DNA of 11,080 nucleotides from a virus: UHGV virus genome UHGV-0230593; one strand, 5' to 3'. Shown piece by piece: positions 6,267 to 11,080 of this stretch (position 1 is its first letter; each line of letters starts with the position of its first letter). The notes under the pieces were generated by a model. It saw only the letters and a program-made list of their open reading frames with translations, ran no database searches and was not told where the DNA came from. The position numbers and the translations under genes were made by a program.

Positions 6267-6343
6267 GCGTTGTTAGCTCAGCCGGACAGAGCAATTGCCT
6301 TCTAAGCAATCGGTCACTGGTTCGAATCCAGTACAACGCGCCA
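6267..6343 (+). tRNA. argO: tRNA-Arg (anticodon TCT, reads AGA/AGG)
   Basis: Acceptor GCGTTGT/ACAACGC, D-arm GCTC...GAGC, anticodon stem ATTGC/GCAAT with loop CTTCTAA (TCT at 6301-6303), T-loop TTCGAAT, discriminator G, CCA. Confidence 0.85.
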
Positions 6344-6357
6344 CACTTATTTTCCCT

Positions 6358-6379
6358 GGCTCGCTTTTGCGGGCTTTTT
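6358..6379 (+). terminator. Terminator after the tRNA cluster
   Basis: GCTCGC-TTTT-GCGGGC (one G-U pair) followed by TTTTT. Confidence 0.55.
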
Positions 6380-6612
6380 ATTACAGGAAAGACACCGGAC
6401 AGTGAAATGTTAAATGCCTCACAATTCAGGCAGTTGATGATTGTCTGGTTGACGGAGAGTTGTTAAAAAATTTTTGCATGGTGAATCCCCCTGTGCGGAG
6501 GGGCAATCAGCGAGTAGGTATATGGGATAATCGCGGATTCAGGTGCTGGTACTGAATTCACCGGGAGGCACCCGGCACCATGCAGTTATGCAATGTAAAT
6601 GTTCACACAAGC

Positions 6613-6640
6613 AAATCCCCTCTCCGGAGGGGATTTTTTT
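6613..6640 (+). terminator. Strong rho-independent terminator
   Basis: AAATCCCCTC-TCCG-GAGGGGATTT (10-bp stem) followed by TTTTTT; a partial copy of the hairpin motif occurs at about 6485-6504. Confidence 0.7.
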
Positions 6641-6727
6641 ATGCAAAAAAAGCCCGAGTGTGTTCGGGCAACAGCATGAGATACCTGCATTGTCATTTTT
6701 ATCGTGTGGATTTTAACCAGGGTTTAT

Positions 6728-6759
6728 AAGGCTGCGCAACTGCGCGGCCTTTTTCGTTT
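6728..6759 (+). terminator. Rho-independent terminator upstream of nanS-p
   Basis: AAGGCTGCGC-AACT-GCGCGGCCTT followed by TTTTCGTTTT. Confidence 0.6.
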
Positions 6760-6848
6760 TGCGGGCTGCGGTTCTCCTCTTTTGATTCTCCGTGTAGCCG
6801 GACCGTGGCCCGCAACTGTTGAGGAAAATCCCGGAAAGGGGAGGAATA

Positions 6849-8791
6849 ATGGCATTTAAACACTATGACGTGGTCAGGGCGGCGTCGCCGTCAGACCTTG
6901 CGGAGCGACTGACACAAAAACTGAAGGAGGGCTGGCAGCCGTTTGGCAGTCCTGTGGCTATCACTCCTTATACACTGATGCAGGCTATTGCCGCAGAGGG
7001 TGATGTGACCACGCCTGTGGTTGTGCCCGACACAGGGGCTGGTGGCTCTCCGGGAGTGGCTATCACTGAACCGGAGTATTACTACGTTATTCCCCTGGCC
7101 GGGCAGTCGAACGGTATGGCCTATGGTGAGGGGCTTCCTCTGCCGCAGACCTATGATCGCCCTGACTCCCGTATTAAGCAGCTGGCCCGTCGCAGCACTG
7201 TGACGCCGGGTGGTGATACCTGTGCATACAATGACGTTATTCCGGCAGACCACTGTCTGCATGATGTTCAGGACATGAGCGCACTTAACCATCCTCATGC
7301 AGACCTGAGTAAGGGCCAGTACGGGACTGTCGGTCAGGGGCTGCATATTGCCAAAAAACTGCTGCCTTATATCCCGCAGAATGCCGGGATACTTCTGGTG
7401 TCCTGTTGCCGTGGCAGTTCGGCATTTACCACCGGAGCCGACGGCTCATTCAGTGAGGTCAGCGGTGCTTCCGCTGATTCTTCACGCTGGGGAGCCGGTA
7501 AACCCCTGTATCAGGACCTGCTCAGTCGCACCAGAGCGGCGCTGGCGAAGAACCCGAAAAATAAACTTCTGGCTGTGGTATGGATGCAGGGAGAGGCAGA
7601 CCTTCTTCAGGAAGTCAGCAGCATAATGGTTTATTCACAGCCATGGTTCAGCAGTTCAGAACCGACCTGTCTCCACTTGCAGCGCAGTGCGTGAGTGGAA
7701 ATGCTGGCACGGTGCCGTGGATTTGTGGTGATACCACGTATTACTGGAAAAACACGTATGCCACGCAGTATGAAACAGTCTATGGCGCATATAAAAATCT
7801 GACCGCACAGAATATTTTCTTTGTACCGTTCCTGACGGATGAGAATGGACAGAACACGCCAACGAATGCTCCGGCGGAAGACCCGGATATTGTGGCTGTC
7901 GGGTATTACGGTGCGGCATCCCGAACCCAGGGCAGTTTTGTTTCGACACAGCGTGACAGCCATTTCAGCTCATGGGCACGCAGGGGCGTCATTTCAGACC
8001 GTCTGGCCTCAGCTATTATGCTCCATGCAGGGCGCACGGCTGAACTGATGCGCGGGCAGATCGTGACACCACCGGATGAGAAGCCGTCACCTGATACACC
8101 ATCAAAACCGTCCACACCACCGGCTGACACAACGACAATGAGCACGTTGCTTGCTTACCGGGCATCAGAGTCTGAAGGACAGCTGGCACCACAGGGCTGG
8201 ACTGCCGGTGGTGGCAAGGCTCAAATCGTGGATGATGCCGGAGCCAGCGGGGGTAAGGCAATGAAACTGACCAAGGAAACAGGTAAATCCTCCTGGTACC
8301 TTGAGCATGATGCCGGTAATGGTGCAGACCTGCTGGGTAAAGGTGGTCTTGTCAGCTGCCGGTTTAAGGTTGACGGCACACTGACGGCTAATCAGTACGC
8401 ACTGGCGCTGTACTGGCCGGTTTCTGCCCTGCCACAAGGGGTTACCCTGGAAGGTAATGCCGGTCATAACCTGCTGGCATCGTTTTATGTTCAGAGCGAT
8501 GCCACAGACCTTAACGTGATGTACCACAAGGGTAATCCAGGCCAGAACACGAAGCTGGGTTCATTCGGTGCATTTAATAACGAATGGCATACGCTGGCAT
8601 TCCGTTTTGCCGGTAATAACAGCATTCAGGTGACGCCGGTGATTGATGGACAGGACGGGACACCGTTCATGCTGTCGCAGTCTCCGGTCGGCACGTTTAC
8701 GGCAGACAAGTTGCGCGTGACCGATATCACTAACGGTGCAACATACCCGGTGCTGATTGACAGCATTGTGGTGGAAGTGAATAACGCGTAA
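6849..8791 (+). pseudogene. nanS: nanS-p-like prophage sialate O-acetylesterase (DUF1737 N-domain + SGNH/SASA esterase + C-terminal lectin-like domain), interrupted by a frameshift
   Basis: ATG 6849 with GGGGAGG RBS; N-terminal MAFKHYDVV... (DUF1737-like); esterase motifs GQSN (catalytic Ser block) and WMQGEADL; the reading frame changes between about 7600 and 7640 (ORF 6819..7694 continues as ORF 7580..8791 in the -1 frame), then runs to TAA 8789-8791. Same position as nanS-p/yjhS downstream of stx in Stx phages. Confidence 0.75.
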
Positions 8792-8934
8792 GCAGGATAA
8801 AAAAATGCCGCCGGGAAAGGGAAAACAAGAAACCGGCGGCAAAGGTTGTCACATCCAAAGCAAAACATGCAGGACGCTTTTTTAACCAACAGGTATTAAC
8901 GATGTCAACACCATATCAATAACTGGGAGGGATA

Positions 8935-9117
8935 ATGACATTTTTACAGCTTATTTTATTGTATTTCTGTACAGCAGTTTGTGTGCTGTATCTTCTTTCT
9001 GGTGGGTACAGAGTCGTGAGAGATTTCTGGTGCAGACAGATTGACAAAAGGGCCGCTGAGAAAATCAGCGCCAGTCAGTCAGCCGGAACAAAACCCGAAG
9101 AGCCTCTCATTCCGTAG
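8935..9117 (+). CDS. Small hypothetical membrane protein (60 aa)
   Basis: ATG 8935 preceded by strong RBS GGGAGGG (8926-8932); hydrophobic N-terminus MTFLQLILLYFCTAVCVLYLLSGG. Confidence 0.5.
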   Translation: MTFLQLILLYFCTAVCVLYLLSGGYRVVRDFWCRQIDKRAAEKISASQSAGTKPEEPLIP

Positions 9118-9154
9118 CAACTTTCTTAACAACACCTTTCAACGAGAAAATACC

Positions 9155-9424
9155 ATGTCAGAAATAAAATCGCTGGTCACTGCTGAAGCAGTGAAGGATG
9201 TTCTGCGCTCTGAAGAAGTCAGGAGCGCACTGAAACAGCAACTTCGTCAGAATCTTGAGGCGCGTCTTGATGCTGAAGTGGATGCCATTCTGGATGAACT
9301 GCTGGGGGTAACGGCTGCTCACGGGCCTGAAGACGGTGCGGGTGACAGTGCTGTTTCAGATGGTGTCGTGTCTCAGCCTGATGGTGGCAGTGAGCCTCAG
9401 CCTGACGGCGAAATGATGATGTAA
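9155..9424 (+). CDS. Small acidic hypothetical protein (89 aa)
   Basis: ATG 9155 (the ORF-track start at 9041 is a TTG); translation MSEIKSLVTAEAVKDVLRSEEVRSALKQQLRQNLEARLDAEVDAILDELLG... with an acidic Gly/Asp-rich tail; no family recognised. Confidence 0.45.
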   Translation: MSEIKSLVTAEAVKDVLRSEEVRSALKQQLRQNLEARLDAEVDAILDELLGVTAAHGPEDGAGDSAVSDGVVSQPDGGSEPQPDGEMMM

Positions 9425-9499
9425 CCATGCGCAGGGGCTGTCGGTGTGAGCTGATGCCCCTCTTGTTGTTGTGAGCTTCCGGATTGCGGGAGACGGGGT

Positions 9500-9715
9500 A
9501 TGTACCAGATGGAAAAAATCACAACAGGTGTGTCATACACCACGTCAGCGGTGGGGACGGGCTACTGGTTCCTGCAGTTGCTGGACAGGGTTTCCCCGTC
9601 TCAGTGGGCGGCAATAGGCGTGCTGGGGAGTCTGCTGTTTGGGCTGCTGACATATCTGACTAACCTGTATTTCAAAATCAGAGAGGACCGTCGTAAGGCT
9701 GCACGGGGAGAGTAA
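9500..9715 (+). CDS. Class II holin, phage 21 S-like pinholin, dual-start motif
   Basis: ATG 9500 and second in-frame ATG at 9509 (MYQMEKI...); translation ...[51 protein letters not shown] closely matches S21 as I recall it (two TMDs, charged C-terminus); RBS GGGAGACGGGG upstream. Confidence 0.9.
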   Translation: MYQMEKITTGVSYTTSAVGTGYWFLQLLDRVSPSQWAAIGVLGSLLFGLLTYLTNLYFKIREDRRKAARGE

Positions 9716-9719
9716 TTCA

Positions 9720-10064
9720 ATGACTCAAAACTATGAACTGATTGTGAAAGGGATCCGCAATTTTGAGAATAAAGTTACGGTAACTTTAGCGTTACGGGAC
9801 AAAAAACGCTTTGACGGTGAAATTTTTGACCTGGACATCTCGCTGGACCGTGTTGAAGGTGCCGCGCTGGAGTTTTATGAGGCAGCAGCCAGAAGGAGCA
9901 TCAGACAGGTCTTCCTGGATGTTGCTGCCGGGTTATGTGAAGGGGATGAGCAGTCGCCGGAAAAGCGCCCCGTAATTTTAGAGGCGCAGAATGTATGGAT
10001 AACCTACAAAGGAAAGCTACCGGGAAGAATTACTGGTTCTCTGAAGACTCCACCGAAATGGTAA
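9720..10064 (+). CDS. Hypothetical protein between holin and endolysin, YdfR-like (DUF1327) by recall
   Basis: ATG 9720, 5 nt after the holin stop, RBS GGGGAGAG; N-terminus MTQNYELIVKGIRNFENKVTV... resembles what I remember of K-12 Qin YdfR, which also sits between essQ and rrrQ. The C-terminal ~12 codons overlap a minus-strand ORF in an AT-rich stretch. Confidence 0.55.
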   Translation: MTQNYELIVKGIRNFENKVTVTLALRDKKRFDGEIFDLDISLDRVEGAALEFYEAAARRSIRQVFLDVAAGLCEGDEQSPEKRPVILEAQNVWITYKGKLPGRITGSLKTPPKW

Positions 10065-10302
10065 TTTTACCAGCATATTTTTCTTCCAGTAATGCCGCCA
10101 GCCACTTGAAAGAATTTTGTTGTTCCTGGGACCATTTGGGGTTGCGTGACTCAAGCAGAAGCGATGCCAGTGTTGGTTGCATTTGTTCTCTGGGAATTTA
10201 GAAGGCCAGATATGAAAATGCAACAGTGAGGGCATTTACATCATCCCGAAGCCTGGAAATGCAGTCGAGCAACTCCTGTAGAGAAATGGTGTTATTGTCC
10301 AT
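10030..10302 (-). pseudogene. Minus-strand small gene split by an in-frame TAA (34-aa ORF 10302..10198, then in-frame 50-aa ORF 10182..10030)
   Basis: Minus-strand ATG at 10302-10300 with GAGGA RBS 6 nt upstream; hand translation MDNNTISLQELLDCISRLRDDVNALTVAFSYLAF*IPREQMQPTLASLLLESRNPKWSQEQQNSFKWLAALLEEKYAGKITISVESSENQ*. Both pieces fall below the ORF-track size cut-off. Confidence 0.3.
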
Positions 10303-10407
10303 AAATAATCCTCTTGATTGTCTTTACCTTTTCCCCGCCTGATTCAACAGGCCGGGACAGATAAACATATCCAGGGTTCAGAAACCGATAAATCCTGATA
10401 AATATCC

Positions 10408-10941
10408 ATGAACGCAAAAATCAGATACGGCCTGTCGGCTGCCGTTCTGGCACTGATTGCCGTCGGTGCGCCCGCGCCTGATATTCTCGACCAGTTTCTG
10501 GATGAAAAAGAAGGTAACCACACAACGGCATACCGCGATGGGTCCGGCATCTGGACCATCTGTCGGGGGGCCATCCTGGTGGATGGCAAACCTGTCGTTC
10601 CGGGCATGAAGTTGTCGAAGGAAAAATGCGACCGGGTTAACGCCATTGAGCGTGATAAGGCGCTGGCATGGGTGGAGAAAAACATCAGAGTGCCATTGAG
10701 TGAACCCCAGAAAGCGGGGATCGCGTCATTCTGTCCGTACAACATTGGCCCCGGTAAGTGTTTTCCGTCGACGTTTTATAAACGAATTAATGCAGGTGAT
10801 CGCAGGGGAGCGTGTGAGGCGATTCGCTGGTGGATTAAGGACGGTGGCAGGGACTGCCGTATTCGCTCAAATAACTGTTACGGTCAGGTATCCCGTCGTG
10901 AGCAGGAGAGCGCGCTGGCGTGCTGGGGAATCGACAGATAG
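10408..10941 (+). CDS. SAR (signal-anchor-release) endolysin, T4-lysozyme-like glycoside hydrolase family 24 (R21 / P1 Lyz type)
   Basis: ATG 10408; N-terminal weakly hydrophobic SAR segment MNAKIRYGLSAAVLALIAVGA; catalytic triad spacing E-x8-D-x5-T in EGNHTTAYRDGSGIWT; the stop TAG (10939-10941) ends on the first base of IS1. Confidence 0.9.
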   Translation: MNAKIRYGLSAAVLALIAVGAPAPDILDQFLDEKEGNHTTAYRDGSGIWTICRGAILVDGKPVVPGMKLSKEKCDRVNAIERDKALAWVEKNIRVPLSEPQKAGIASFCPYNIGPGKCFPSTFYKRINAGDRRGACEAIRWWIKDGGRDCRIRSNNCYGQVSRREQESALACWGIDR

Positions 10942-11080
10942 GTGATGCTGCCAACTTACTGATTTAGTGTATGATGGTGTTTTTGAGGTGCTCCAGTGGC
11001 TTCTGTTTCTATCAGCTGTCCCTCCTGTTCAGCTACTGACGGGGTGGTGCGTAACGGCAAAAGCACCGCCGGACATCAGC
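10941..11080 (+). mobile_element. IS1 insertion sequence, left end (continues beyond the window)
   Basis: 10941 onward (GGTGATGCTGCCAACTTACTGATTTAGTGTATGATGGTGTTTTTGAGGTGCTCCAGTGGCTTCTGTTTC...) matches the IS1 left inverted repeat and insA leader/5' region as I remember them. Confidence 0.9.
10996..11080 (+). CDS. insA: IS1 InsA (transposition repressor), 5' partial
   Basis: GTG at 10996; translation (M)[27 protein letters not shown]... is the InsA zinc-finger N-terminus; truncated by the window end. Confidence 0.85.
   Translation, partial: MASVSISCPSCSATDGVVRNGKSTAGHQ

Noticed and set aside
6148-6466. ORFs 6148..6336 (-) and 6221..6466 (+) from the six-frame track
   Set aside because: They lie across the three tRNA genes and the terminator that follows; the reading frames are artefacts of structured RNA sequence.
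6470-6660. CRISPR array or stx genes in the tRNA-nanS spacer
   Set aside because: Only two imperfect copies of a hairpin motif are present with no regular repeat-spacer periodicity, and no ORF resembling StxA/StxB exists in the ~500 bp interval.
7596-7640. Programmed ribosomal frameshift in nanS-p
   Set aside because: No slippery heptamer or downstream stimulatory structure is evident at the frame junction; a mutation or sequencing indel is the simpler explanation.
8800-8860. Hairpin GCCGCCGG...CCGGCGGC after nanS-p as a + strand terminator
   Set aside because: The loop is about 20 nt and no T-run follows on the + strand (a T-run follows only on the minus strand, where no gene needs it); not called as a feature.
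7021-8889. Multiple short ORFs on both strands within 7021..8889 (for example 7348..7626 +, 7631..7963 -, 8165..8527 -, 8626..8889 -)
   Set aside because: All overlap the nanS-p-like esterase reading frames; only the two esterase frames carry recognisable SGNH/SASA motifs and join into one protein with a single frameshift.
9995-10235. ORFs 9995..10201 (+) and 10017..10235 (-) in the AT-rich holin-endolysin spacer
   Set aside because: Neither has an RBS; the minus-strand frame with a GAGGA-ATG start (10302..10198, continuing to 10030) is the better-supported reading of this region and is in a different frame.
10344-10745. ORF 10344..10745 (-), 133 aa
   Set aside because: Antisense to the SAR endolysin gene, which has the clear catalytic-triad motif; spurious.

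Overview
This window reads as the late-regulatory and lysis region of a Qin/Stx-phage-like lambdoid prophage of Escherichia/Shigella, all on the + strand, and it carries several accessory modules. Order: hok-family type I toxin (6..161) and its terminator; a ~1.8 kb AT-rich cargo module of two overlapping genes (327..977 unknown 216-aa protein; 958..2061 fused XRE-HTH/ImmA-IrrE metallopeptidase); a small ORF; DUF968 (YdfU-like); RusA resolvase; a Q-like antiterminator; a PR'/tR'-type region; a small wHTH ORF; an orphan beta-class DNA methyltransferase; three tRNAs (Ile-CAT, Arg-TCG, Arg-TCT); a toxin-less intergenic slot with several terminator hairpins; a frameshifted nanS-p-like sialate O-acetylesterase; two small ORFs; an S21-like pinholin; a YdfR-like ORF; a split minus-strand small ORF; a SAR endolysin; and the left end of IS1, which starts on the last base of the endolysin stop codon. 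The best candidate for an undescribed system is the 327..2061 two-gene module, which sits in a moron position and is flanked by duplicated terminator hairpins. All protein identifications rest on my own translation and recalled family motifs, not on database searches.
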